A stretch of 64,000 nt of DNA from an uncultured Actinomycetota bacterium. GTDB taxonomy: Bacteria > Actinomycetota > Actinomycetes > JAHEKZ01. The stretch is from NCBI GenBank assembly GCA_963726755.1, contig CAVSDB010000001.1, positions 429,127-493,126 on the forward strand, in the 5' to 3' direction. Of the stretch, positions 44,068 through 52,676 are shown piece after piece (the stretch's first letter is position 1; each line of letters begins with the position of its first letter). Below the pieces are notes generated by a model, which worked only from the letters and a program-made list of their open reading frames with translations, did no database searches and had not been told where the DNA came from. The translations under genes and the position numbers were made by a program.

Positions 44068-44970
44068 ATGCTCGATCTAAGACAGTTGTCGGTTCTTGAG
44101 GCGGTTGCGCGCGAAGGCTCAATGGCGGGGGCTGCTCGATCCCTGCACTACAGCCAGCCCACAGTGGCCCACCACCTCGCGGCCCTGGAGTCTCACTTGG
44201 GTGTCGCTCTGGTGACTCGGACTACTCGCGGAGCGACGCTAACTGAACTCGGCCAACTGTTCCTCGGTCACGCGAGCGCGGTACTGGATCGACTCGCTTC
44301 TGCAGAGGCTGAGGTCAAGGCGCTGGCTCAGCACGGGGTGGTAACTCTTCGCGTCGGAACGTTTCCGACCGCCGGGGCGCACGTGTTGCCTCACGCGGTC
44401 GCGGCGACGCTCGTGCGCACCGAAGTCCGTATCGAACTTCTGGAAGCCGAGACCACCGAGCTGATCGAACGACTTGATGCACGCGAATTGCACTGTGCGC
44501 TCGTCTACGACGACCCGGATGCTCCGATGCTTGTTCGCGAAGACTTAGCCATCACTGCGTTGTTCGACGATCCGTTTCTCGTGGTACTGCCTGCAAGTCA
44601 TCGCTTGGCATCCGCTGAATCGATCCGGCTTGGGGATCTTGCCGATGACGGTTGGATGATGTCGCGCGACATTGACGAGCCCGCGGACCAATCGCTGAGA
44701 GCAGCATGTGCCGTTGAGGGGTTCGTACCGCGTCCGGTATTGCGCACCGACGACTACGACGTGATGTTCGGCTTCGTTGCTGCAGGCGTCGGTGTCGCGT
44801 TGGTTCCGCAGATGGCGATCGTCGAGCGTGAAGGCGTGGTTGTTCGACCACTCGCAGGTGCCAAACTGCGACGAACGGTGATGTTCGTTATGCATCCAGA
44901 CGATTCACCCCCGGCTGCCAAAGCATTGCTAGCGGCGCTGCGGGCTAGTGCTGTAACGCTGTCGGCTTAG
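44068..44970 (+). CDS. LysR-family transcriptional regulator, divergent from the decarboxylase
   Basis: MLDLRQLSVLEAVAREGSMAGAARSLHYSQPTVAHHLAALE (HTH), followed by a LysR substrate-binding domain. Confidence 0.85.
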   Translation: MLDLRQLSVLEAVAREGSMAGAARSLHYSQPTVAHHLAALESHLGVALVTRTTRGATLTELGQLFLGHASAVLDRLASAEAEVKALAQHGVVTLRVGTFPTAGAHVLPHAVAATLVRTEVRIELLEAETTELIERLDARELHCALVYDDPDAPMLVREDLAITALFDDPFLVVLPASHRLASAESIRLGDLADDGWMMSRDIDEPADQSLRAACAVEGFVPRPVLRTDDYDVMFGFVAAGVGVALVPQMAIVEREGVVVRPLAGAKLRRTVMFVMHPDDSPPAAKALLAALRASAVTLSA

Positions 44971-45158
44971 CCAGACTTGCGTCGGAACTCGCGCTTGCCG
45001 CCGTGCTGGTGAGTGTCCGGCTTCCCGTGAGTCGACTCGCCGCCACGACCTCCGCCGACCCCGTCGGCACCCTGCTGCTTCTTACGCTCCAGCGCCTCGC
45101 GGTACTTGTCTTTGGGATCGTCCCTGCCCGGTGTGGGCTTGGTCTCGTCGGTAGCCAT
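44967..45158 (-). CDS. small conserved actinobacterial protein (DUF5302-like), Lys/Arg/Gly-rich
   Basis: MATDETKPTPGRDDPKDKYREALERKKQQG... 63 aa. Confidence 0.45.
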   Translation of the reverse strand: MATDETKPTPGRDDPKDKYREALERKKQQGADGVGGGRGGESTHGKPDTHQHGGKREFRRKSG

Positions 45159-45193
45159 AGCTACACATTACCCCCGAGGATTAGTGGGATTCA

Positions 45194-45209
45194 GGCGCCA
45201 TGTGGCGCC
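45194..45209. promoter_or_regulatory. inverted repeat GGCGCCA-TG-TGGCGCC in the 164-bp region upstream of the Pls-like synthetase gene
   Basis: 7-bp perfect arms with a 2-bp spacer, 113 bp upstream of the TTG start. A second, longer-range inverted pair AGTGGGA (45184-45190) / TCCCACT (45250-45256) flanks it. Confidence 0.3.
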
Positions 45210-45321
45210 ACCGTTCCGCCCGTCAACCGGTCCGCGGAGTCGTCCCACTCACGTGCGGTCCACGTCCGAGCGGCGATAATCGAGGTGGACGGCCCCGTCG
45301 GATCCAAGATGCGAGAACTCG

Positions 45322-48300
45322 TTGACTCTGCTCCGCGCACGTTACGCGCCCGACCCTCGTACTTTGGTCGACATCTTCCAGAGCACGGTGGATGAGTATC
45401 CGGATGATCCTGCGATCGACAACGGCGCCGATGTTCTTACCTATCTCGAGTTCTATGAGAGCGCCGAGGAACTCGCCACAGCACTCAACGGCCTCGGCGT
45501 CGGGCCTGGGGACCGTGTAGGCGTCCGAATCAAGTCCGGCACGGTCGACCTTTACATAGCAATCATGGGCGTCCTCCTGTCAGGAGGGTGCTACGTCCCA
45601 GTGGACGCCGACGATCCGGACGAACGAGCCCGCATGGTCTTCGACGAGGCTGACGTAGCGGCAATCATCGGCAACGACCTGGCCGTCACCACCCGCGGAG
45701 CAAAACGAGCTGAGGTGACTGCTGTAGTCCCCGAGCCCGACGACGACGCCTGGGTGATCTTTACCTCCGGCTCTACCGGAAGACCCAAGGGGGTCGCAGT
45801 CTCGCACCGCTCGGCGGCGGGTTTCGTCGAAGCTGAAGCACGTCTGTATCTCCAGGAACGACCGTTGGGAGTTGGCGACCGAGTGATGGCCGGTCTGTCG
45901 GTCGGTTTCGACGCATCGTGCGAAGAGATGTGGCTCGCGTGGCGATACGGCGCTTGCCTGGTTCCAGCGCCTCGTTCGCTGGTACGCAGTGGCATGGACC
46001 TCGGTCCATGGCTAGTCGCGAATGACGTGACAGTGGTCTCGACCGTCCCCACTTTGTTGATGTTGTGGCCGTCCGAGGCGCTTGCCAACATTCGCCTACT
46101 GATCCTCGGAGGCGAGGCATGTCCACCCGAGATCGGCGCGAGGTACGCGTCCCCCGACCGTGAGGTGTGGAACACCTACGGGCCAACCGAGGCAACTGTG
46201 GTTTCGTGCGCCGCCAGATTGACAGGCGAACCGCCGGTGCGAATAGGACTGCCCCTCGACGGCTGGGATCTCGCCGTCGTCGATGAAGGCGGCAGCAGCG
46301 TTAACCCCGGTGAAACCGGCGAGCTCATCATCGGCGGCATCGGGCTGGCCCGGTACTTAGACCTCGAGAAGGACGCCGAAAAGTTCGCTGAAATGCCAAC
46401 ACTTGGTTGGTCGCGCGCCTACCGCAGCGGCGATCTGGTTCGGTACGACGAGGAGGGGTTGGTTTTCGTCGGACGAGCCGACGACCAAGTCAAGCTCGGA
46501 GGTCGTCGCATCGAGTTGGGTGAAGTCGACAGCGCGCTGCTCGACCTGCCGGGAGTCACCGGCGCCGCGGCCGCGGTACGTAGAACCAAATCGGATAACC
46601 AGATCCTGGTCGGATACATCGTCGTTGATGCGGCCTTCGACGCTGCGATCGCCATGGAACAGTTGCGTGCCAGCATGCCTGCCGCGATGGTGCCACGTCT
46701 GGCCCAGGTTGAGCAGATACCGACGAAGACCTCGGGGAAAGTCGACCGCGATGCGCTGGCTTGGCCCCTAGCGCGCGTCAAGTCCGAAGCCGCCGAGACT
46801 CGCTTCGAAGGCACTGCTGGCTGGGTTCAGGACATCTGGATGGACGTCCTCGGAGCGGTAGTCACCAGCGCCGCGGACGACTTCTTCGATCTGGGCGGAG
46901 GCAGTCTGACGGCTGCCCAACTGGTGGCCAGGTTGCGTGAGCGTTTTCCGGAAGCCACAGTTGCCGATGTCTACGAGCACCCCACAATCGGTGGACTCGC
47001 GGCGACTCTGGACTTGATGGCCGGCCCGACGACGAAGACCAACCGACCGGTGCGTCCGGTGCCGCTGAAGACACAAGTCAGCCAGGTAGCCCTCACTTTC
47101 GGTTTGCGCACCGTTAGTGGGCTGAGGTGGCTTATTTGGATCGCAGCCGCGAACAACGTGAGCAGTTCGGTCCTCGGGGTCAACTGGCTTCCGACGGTCT
47201 CGTGGTGGTGGGTGCTGGCCGGGTGGTTGCTGTTGGTGTCTCCGCCTGGCCGCATTCTGCTCACCGCAACCGGTGCGCGCATATTGCTGCGTGGCATTGC
47301 TCCCGGTGGGTACCCCAGGGGCGGACTCGTGCACCTGCGCGTCTGGCTTGCCGAGCGCGTGGCAGACGAACTGGGTGCGGCGAACCTCGCTGCGGCGCCG
47401 TGGATGCGGCAGTACGCGCGTGCGCTCGGTGCAACCATCGGAGGTCACGTCGACCTTCACTCGACTCCACCCATCACCGGCATGCTCAGGCTCGATGCTG
47501 GGTGCACGATCGAGCCCGAAGTCGACTTGCGGGGTTACTGGATCGACGGCGAGGTCCTCCACGTTGGTCGAATGGAGGTTGGCGCGGGAGCTCGAGTTGG
47601 CGCTCGGAGCATGCTTCTTCCGGGGGCGTCAATCGGCGCGGGCGCGGAGATTGCGCCAGGCTCGGCCGTCTTCGGTGAGGTCCCGGCGGACGAGGCTTGG
47701 TCGGGCGCCCCTGCTCAGCCAGTCGGTGAAGCCAGGGGTCCTTGGGAACAAACGCGGCCGAACAACCAGCCGATGTGGGTGGTGGGCTACGCCGCGATGG
47801 CGGTACTCATCTCGACCTTCCCCCTCATCGCAGTTGTTGCGGGCGGGGCGTTGGCGGTGCCGGCCCTTCGCTCAGCGGCGTCCCTGCACGACGCCACCCT
47901 CACCGCACTGGTCTACCTCCCGGTTTGCGTGGTGCTGGCGATGTTGGTTCTGGCAATTCTCATCTGGCTGCTGGTGCGACTGCTCTCGATTGGCCTCGAG
48001 GGCGGGCATCACCCTGTGCAAAGTCGAGCGGCGTGGCAGGCATGGTCGATTCTGCGGGTGCTCGATGAGGCGCGAAACTGGTTGTTTCCGCTCTACTCCA
48101 GCACGCTGACGCCCTCGTGGCTACGTGCGCTTGGAGCGCGAGTTGGGTCAAACGTCGAGGCGTCCACTGTGTTGTTGATCCCCACCCTCACTTCCATCAG
48201 CGATGGCGCTTTCCTCGCTGACGACACCTTGCTCGGTGGGTACGAACTCAGCGGGGGGTGGCTGCGAATAGAGCGGGTAAAGGTCGGCAAGCACGCTTTC

Positions 48301-49185
48301 GTGGGCAATTCGGGGATGACCGCTCCTGGGCGCAAGGTCCCTAAGAGGGGTTTGGTCGCCGTACTATCGGCCGCGCCACGGCGTAAACATGCCAAGAGCG
48401 GAACGTCGTGGATCGGCAGCCCACCCACGAAACTTCGACGACAGTCAAGCTCTGTCGATGACAGCCGGACGTATAACCCGTCGACGGGGCTGCGGTTCGC
48501 GCGATCTGGGATCGAGTTGCTTCGTGTCGTCGCGGTCATCTCCTATGCAGCGATCTGCCTCGCCGTCGTTGTCACGCTCGAAGCGCTCGTGACGAGCGTG
48601 GGGTGGCTTCTGGCAGCACTGCTGTCCGGCGTGGTGCTGATTGGTGCAGGTGCCGTTGCAGCCGGAGTAACCGCGGTCGCGAAGTGGTTGCTCGTTGGGC
48701 GGATGCGTGTCTCCGACCATCCACTGTGGAGTTCGTTCGTATGGCGAAATGAGCTTGCGGACACGTTCGTCGAAGTTGTTGCTGCACCATGGTTCGCCCG
48801 CGCCACGATCGGAACGCCCGTTCTCAACCTATGGTTTCGTTCGATGGGGGCAAGGATCGGCAAAGGCGTGTGGTGTGACACGTACTGGCTCCCGGAGGCC
48901 GACCTGATCGAGCTGCGCGACGGAGTGACGATCAACCAGGGCTGTGTAATACAAACCCATCTGTTCCATGACCGCATGCTCAGCATGGACAAAGTGACGA
49001 TGCGCGACGGTTCCACGCTTGGCCCGAACAGCGTCATCCTGCCAGCGGCCGTCTTGGGTCGGCACGCTACCGTCGGGCCGGTGTCGCTGGTGATGAGAGG
49101 CGAATTCGTGCCTGACAAGACCCGTTGGATCGGCAATCCCATCGGTCCTTGGCTCCCGGACGAGATCGTGGATACGTCGCGATGA
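45322..49185 (+). CDS. Pls/PosA-family single-module non-ribosomal peptide synthetase: A domain, T domain, three tandem membrane-embedded C-terminal domains. Candidate homopoly(amino acid) (epsilon-poly-L-lysine-type) synthetase.
   Basis: 1287 aa, intact. The A-domain cores are FTSGSTGRPKGV, FDAS, NTYGPTE, GELIIGG, YRSGDL and TKTSGKVDR. The carrier motif is FFDLGGGSLTAAQL. The remainder is about 650 aa with paired TM helices separating three hexapeptide/beta-helix-like soluble domains. There is no condensation or thioesterase domain. TTG start at 45322. Confidence 0.85.
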   Translation: MTLLRARYAPDPRTLVDIFQSTVDEYPDDPAIDNGADVLTYLEFYESAEELATALNGLGVGPGDRVGVRIKSGTVDLYIAIMGVLLSGGCYVPVDADDPDERARMVFDEADVAAIIGNDLAVTTRGAKRAEVTAVVPEPDDDAWVIFTSGSTGRPKGVAVSHRSAAGFVEAEARLYLQERPLGVGDRVMAGLSVGFDASCEEMWLAWRYGACLVPAPRSLVRSGMDLGPWLVANDVTVVSTVPTLLMLWPSEALANIRLLILGGEACPPEIGARYASPDREVWNTYGPTEATVVSCAARLTGEPPVRIGLPLDGWDLAVVDEGGSSVNPGETGELIIGGIGLARYLDLEKDAEKFAEMPTLGWSRAYRSGDLVRYDEEGLVFVGRADDQVKLGGRRIELGEVDSALLDLPGVTGAAAAVRRTKSDNQILVGYIVVDAAFDAAIAMEQLRASMPAAMVPRLAQVEQIPTKTSGKVDRDALAWPLARVKSEAAETRFEGTAGWVQDIWMDVLGAVVTSAADDFFDLGGGSLTAAQLVARLRERFPEATVADVYEHPTIGGLAATLDLMAGPTTKTNRPVRPVPLKTQVSQVALTFGLRTVSGLRWLIWIAAANNVSSSVLGVNWLPTVSWWWVLAGWLLLVSPPGRILLTATGARILLRGIAPGGYPRGGLVHLRVWLAERVADELGAANLAAAPWMRQYARALGATIGGHVDLHSTPPITGMLRLDAGCTIEPEVDLRGYWIDGEVLHVGRMEVGAGARVGARSMLLPGASIGAGAEIAPGSAVFGEVPADEAWSGAPAQPVGEARGPWEQTRPNNQPMWVVGYAAMAVLISTFPLIAVVAGGALAVPALRSAASLHDATLTALVYLPVCVVLAMLVLAILIWLLVRLLSIGLEGGHHPVQSRAAWQAWSILRVLDEARNWLFPLYSSTLTPSWLRALGARVGSNVEASTVLLIPTLTSISDGAFLADDTLLGGYELSGGWLRIERVKVGKHAFVGNSGMTAPGRKVPKRGLVAVLSAAPRRKHAKSGTSWIGSPPTKLRRQSSSVDDSRTYNPSTGLRFARSGIELLRVVAVISYAAICLAVVVTLEALVTSVGWLLAALLSGVVLIGAGAVAAGVTAVAKWLLVGRMRVSDHPLWSSFVWRNELADTFVEVVAAPWFARATIGTPVLNLWFRSMGARIGKGVWCDTYWLPEADLIELRDGVTINQGCVIQTHLFHDRMLSMDKVTMRDGSTLGPNSVILPAAVLGRHATVGPVSLVMRGEFVPDKTRWIGNPIGPWLPDEIVDTSR

Positions 49186-50495
49186 ACACCGCCCCGTCGG
49201 AGGTTGTTGACGACTACTTCCCGGAGAACGGTGACCTGTCGTACGACGTGCGCAGTTATGACTTGACCATCGACTACAAGCTTGAGTCGAACCAGTTAGA
49301 CGGGCGAGCAGTTCTCGAAGCCGTTGCACGCACTGACATCAACGAACTGTCTCTCGATCTGCGTGGGCTCAGGGTATGGAAGGTCAATCTCGACACAGTT
49401 CCGGTTGCGAGATTCTTGACCAGGCACGGCAAACTCATCATCCGCACGAAGGAGGTGATCGAGCAGGGGGAAGTGTTCCGGGTCTGGGTTCGGTATAGCG
49501 GCCGACCGAAGCCGATTCCCGATGGCGGCGACGAGATGGGTTGGGACGAACTCACCGACGGGGTCATCGTGGCTGGCCAGACGAACGGCGCACCTTCCTG
49601 GTTTCCATGCAACGACCGCCCGGCTAACAAGGCGAGCTATCGCATCGCCGTCACCACCGCTTCTGCGTACCACGTCGTGGCGAATGGAACTCTCGTCAGT
49701 CGTCATCGAGGGGCGAGCGCGACCACGTGGGTTTATGAGCAACGCGAACCCATGGCCACGTATCTCGCCACGGTCCAGATCGGACGCTATGTCTCACGGC
49801 CGACAGCCAGCTCGCCGGTTCCGACGACCGCTGTCCTACCCGAGCGACTCCTCCGCTACTACGACAGCGCCTTCGGCCGCCAACCAGAGATGTTGGACTT
49901 CTTCGTCCGACGGTTCGGGCCGTATCCCTTTCCGGCGTACACGGTGGTCATCACCGAGGACGAACTCGAGATTCCTCTCGAAGCTCAAGGTCTCTCGGTG
50001 TTTGGATCCAACTTTCTCTCCGACGACTGGGACGTCGTGAGGTTGGTCGCTCACGAACTCGCACATCAATGGTTCGGCAACAGCCTCACGCTCACGACCT
50101 GGCGTGACATCTGGCTGCACGAAGGGTTCGCCTGCTACTGCGAGTGGTTGTGGTCGGAGGAGTCCGGAAACCGTTCCGCGGATGAGTGTGCGGTCGAGCA
50201 TTGGAATCGGCTGGCCGATGGACGGCAAGACGTCGAGCTCGCGGATCCGGGGCCGGACGCCATGTTCGAGGACTGGGTATACAAGCGAGGAGCACTATTG
50301 CTCCACTCGTTACGACTGACGATTGGTGACGACACGTTCTTCGAACTGCTTCGAGAATGGGTGGCGCGCAACTCTCATGGGTCGGTCACGACCGAGATGT
50401 TCATCAACCTCGCCGAGCAAGTTTCCGAGCGGGACCTCAGGAGCTTCTTTGCGCGTTGGCTGAACCAACTGGAGTTACCAGATCTGCCCGTCTAG
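49182..50495 (+). CDS. short M1-family zinc metallopeptidase (no C-terminal ERAP domain), translationally coupled to the synthetase
   Basis: HELAHQWFGNSLTLTTWRDIWLHEGFACY (HExxH plus E zinc site). About 438 aa from MNTAPSEV. The ATG overlaps the synthetase stop TGA (ATGA at 49182-49185). Confidence 0.8.
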   Translation: MNTAPSEVVDDYFPENGDLSYDVRSYDLTIDYKLESNQLDGRAVLEAVARTDINELSLDLRGLRVWKVNLDTVPVARFLTRHGKLIIRTKEVIEQGEVFRVWVRYSGRPKPIPDGGDEMGWDELTDGVIVAGQTNGAPSWFPCNDRPANKASYRIAVTTASAYHVVANGTLVSRHRGASATTWVYEQREPMATYLATVQIGRYVSRPTASSPVPTTAVLPERLLRYYDSAFGRQPEMLDFFVRRFGPYPFPAYTVVITEDELEIPLEAQGLSVFGSNFLSDDWDVVRLVAHELAHQWFGNSLTLTTWRDIWLHEGFACYCEWLWSEESGNRSADECAVEHWNRLADGRQDVELADPGPDAMFEDWVYKRGALLLHSLRLTIGDDTFFELLREWVARNSHGSVTTEMFINLAEQVSERDLRSFFARWLNQLELPDLPV

Positions 50496-51120
50496 CGACG
50501 AGCTCAGGCGGGTTCAGAGAGAGCACGGTCACGGCTGCTACATGCCCGCTCGTGGTTTCGAAGTCCATCATCCAGACCGACGTCTGAGGTGGGTCGGCAG
50601 CTGCCCACTCGACCAGGCCGGGCGGTTCGCCCGGGTCGGTGAGGAGTATCAGCCGAGGGTCGACTGTGAGACCCCGACCCGTGGCTTTGAGCAGGGATTC
50701 TTTGCGGACCCAAGTGATGGTCTCGGTAGCTCCAAACCGCAAACCCTCGTTTTCGTGCGCAACGACGGCATCGAAACCGGGAAACGAAGCCGCGTCGGAT
50801 CGTTCGACGTCCACGCCAACTTGGCCGGCTTCGGTGAGCGCAACCACCGTGAGGTCCTCGGCGTAGCTAATGCTCACATCAGGTAGCGGGAGCCCCGGGG
50901 TCGCAGCAAGTACCGGTCGACCATGCGTCGTGCTTCCGCACAATCCGCAGTGATTGGTCACGTGCGCGCCCCGACCAGGCACTCCGAGGCGTCGCAGTCC
51001 CTCACCGCAGATCATGCGACGAGCCGCCTCACGGTCGACCCCGGCACACCAAAGGACAACTACGAGTGTCGACTCCGATGTTCGGTCGAGATGGCGATTG
51101 CGCAACACGACGTCAGCCAT
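50437..51120 (-). CDS. Sfp-type 4'-phosphopantetheinyl transferase
   Basis: ..VSISYAEDLTVVAL.. and ..WVRKESLLKATGRGL.. match the PPTase motifs (SISH-like and W..KEA..K). 227 aa. Confidence 0.7.
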   Translation of the reverse strand: MADVVLRNRHLDRTSESTLVVVLWCAGVDREAARRMICGEGLRRLGVPGRGAHVTNHCGLCGSTTHGRPVLAATPGLPLPDVSISYAEDLTVVALTEAGQVGVDVERSDAASFPGFDAVVAHENEGLRFGATETITWVRKESLLKATGRGLTVDPRLILLTDPGEPPGLVEWAAADPPQTSVWMMDFETTSGHVAAVTVLSLNPPELVARRADLVTPVGSANAQRSS

Positions 51121-51463
51121 TCGTGGCGACAGTCACGACACCGTTCTCGACGTAGAGGTTCACACGGTCGGTTCGGTAGTCCATGGTCAGCGCGTAGCAG
51201 TCACCGTCCTTACCAGCCAGGCGTGTCGTGAGGTCCTGTTGCTTGGCGAGGTTCTTGGCGTCCGTTAGGGACAGGCCGATGAACTGTTGGGTGTCTACGC
51301 CCGGGGTCGCAACGTCCGACGATGGGCTGGTTAGGCAGGGACTGTCGGCCGCCGTGTCCGATTCTGACGGTGATGTCTGAGGTGTTGTGTCACCGGTGGA
51401 ATCGCTGTTCCCGCATCCGGTCATCAGGACTCCCACCGCCAAGACGATCGCGAGTTTGCGCAT
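51113..51463 (-). CDS. lipoprotein of the I78 peptidase-inhibitor family
   Basis: Signal peptide plus lipobox MRKLAIVLAVGVLMTGC. C-terminal ..FIGLSLTDAKNLAKQ...DGDCYALTMDYRTDRVNLYVENGVVT matches the Inhibitor_I78 (TMDYRxDRLN) signature. Confidence 0.6.
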   Translation of the reverse strand: MRKLAIVLAVGVLMTGCGNSDSTGDTTPQTSPSESDTAADSPCLTSPSSDVATPGVDTQQFIGLSLTDAKNLAKQQDLTTRLAGKDGDCYALTMDYRTDRVNLYVENGVVTVATNG

Positions 51464-51497
51464 GTAGTGAGCCTAAGGCAGCCAGGGCGGCACTAAG

Positions 51498-52676
51498 TCA
51501 CTCGACGGGGGAATCGCCTGTCAACTGCGGACGGGGTGGGACGTGCTCCTCGAGCTCTTCCTCGGGGAGCACCTCTTCTTCAACGTCCTTGGCCGAGATG
51601 CTGTGTGTCATCGCGTAGCCGATCCAGCCGCCAAGGATGATCAGCAGTGCACCGACAGCTATCCACGCGAGCACAGTCGGGAGCTGTGTTAGCTCGTACA
51701 CGGCGAACGCGATTACTGCGGTTGTTGGAATCGTCACTAGCCAGGCCAGAAGCATTTCTCCGACGACCTTGACGTTGATACCGCGACCCGACGCGACGCC
51801 GCCGCCCATGATCGAAGATGCAGCAGCTTGCGTCGTCGAGATCGGAATGCCCATTGCGGTGGCACCGAAGATTGCAGTCGTAGCACCGATGTTGGCTGCG
51901 ACGCCGGAGTTCGCATGGAGCTTCGTGATGCGGAGACCCATCGTCTCAATGATTCGCCAACCGCCCCACATCGTGCCGAACGCGATCGCGGTGTACGCCG
52001 AGAGCGCGGCCCACTCGGGGATGACGACGTCACCCGCGGCGTTCAGTTGTGTGTAGCCAGCGCCGAAGAGCAGCGCGGCGATAAGTCCCATCGTCTTCTG
52101 CGCGTCATTCGCGCCGTGTCCGAACGATACGGCTGCGGCTGACACAAGTTGCAGTGCCTTGAATGGTTTGGCGTTGTCGTGCCACTTCGTCAGCTTCTGC
52201 AGACCTGCGACGAGGTACATGGCGACGAACGCGATGCTAAACGCGACTATCGGAGACAGCACGATCGCAAGGACGGTCTCGCCGACCTTGGTCCAGTCGA
52301 TCGCGTCGAGCCAACCTGCGGCTAGTCCGGCACCAACGAGCCCACCGATCAGTGCGTGACTCGACGACGAGGGCATGCCGATCCACCACGTCACGTAGTT
52401 CCAGGCGATCGCCCCAATGAGCGCCGCGAAGACCACGGCGACGCTTGCGAAGCTGGTGGTGACGACCTTGCCCACGGTGTTGGCAACCGCGGTCCCGACC
52501 CAGAAGTAGGCCACGAAGTTGAAGAAGGCGGAGAAGACGACGGCCCAGCGGGCGGGGAGAGCGCGGGTGGCGACGACTGTGGCGACGGAGTTGGCGGCGT
52601 CGTGGAAGCCGTTGGTGAAGTCGAACAGCAGTGCGAGGGCTACGAGCGCGATCACCGTGACGAGCAGTACGTCCAC
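51498..52676 (-). CDS. PiT-family inorganic phosphate transporter
   Basis: ..FDFTNGFHDAANSVATVV.. and ..FGHGANDAQKTMG.. duplicated signature motifs. 392 aa. Confidence 0.85.
   Translation of the reverse strand: MDVLLVTVIALVALALLFDFTNGFHDAANSVATVVATRALPARWAVVFSAFFNFVAYFWVGTAVANTVGKVVTTSFASVAVVFAALIGAIAWNYVTWWIGMPSSSSHALIGGLVGAGLAAGWLDAIDWTKVGETVLAIVLSPIVAFSIAFVAMYLVAGLQKLTKWHDNAKPFKALQLVSAAAVSFGHGANDAQKTMGLIAALLFGAGYTQLNAAGDVVIPEWAALSAYTAIAFGTMWGGWRIIETMGLRITKLHANSGVAANIGATTAIFGATAMGIPISTTQAAASSIMGGGVASGRGINVKVVGEMLLAWLVTIPTTAVIAFAVYELTQLPTVLAWIAVGALLIILGGWIGYAMTHSISAKDVEEEVLPEEELEEHVPPRPQLTGDSPVE

Noticed and set aside
45003-45395. 130-aa plus-strand ORF upstream of the synthetase
   Set aside because: It is antisense to the small DUF5302-like gene and overlaps the synthetase start region in another frame. 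Its composition is typical of a high-GC noise ORF.
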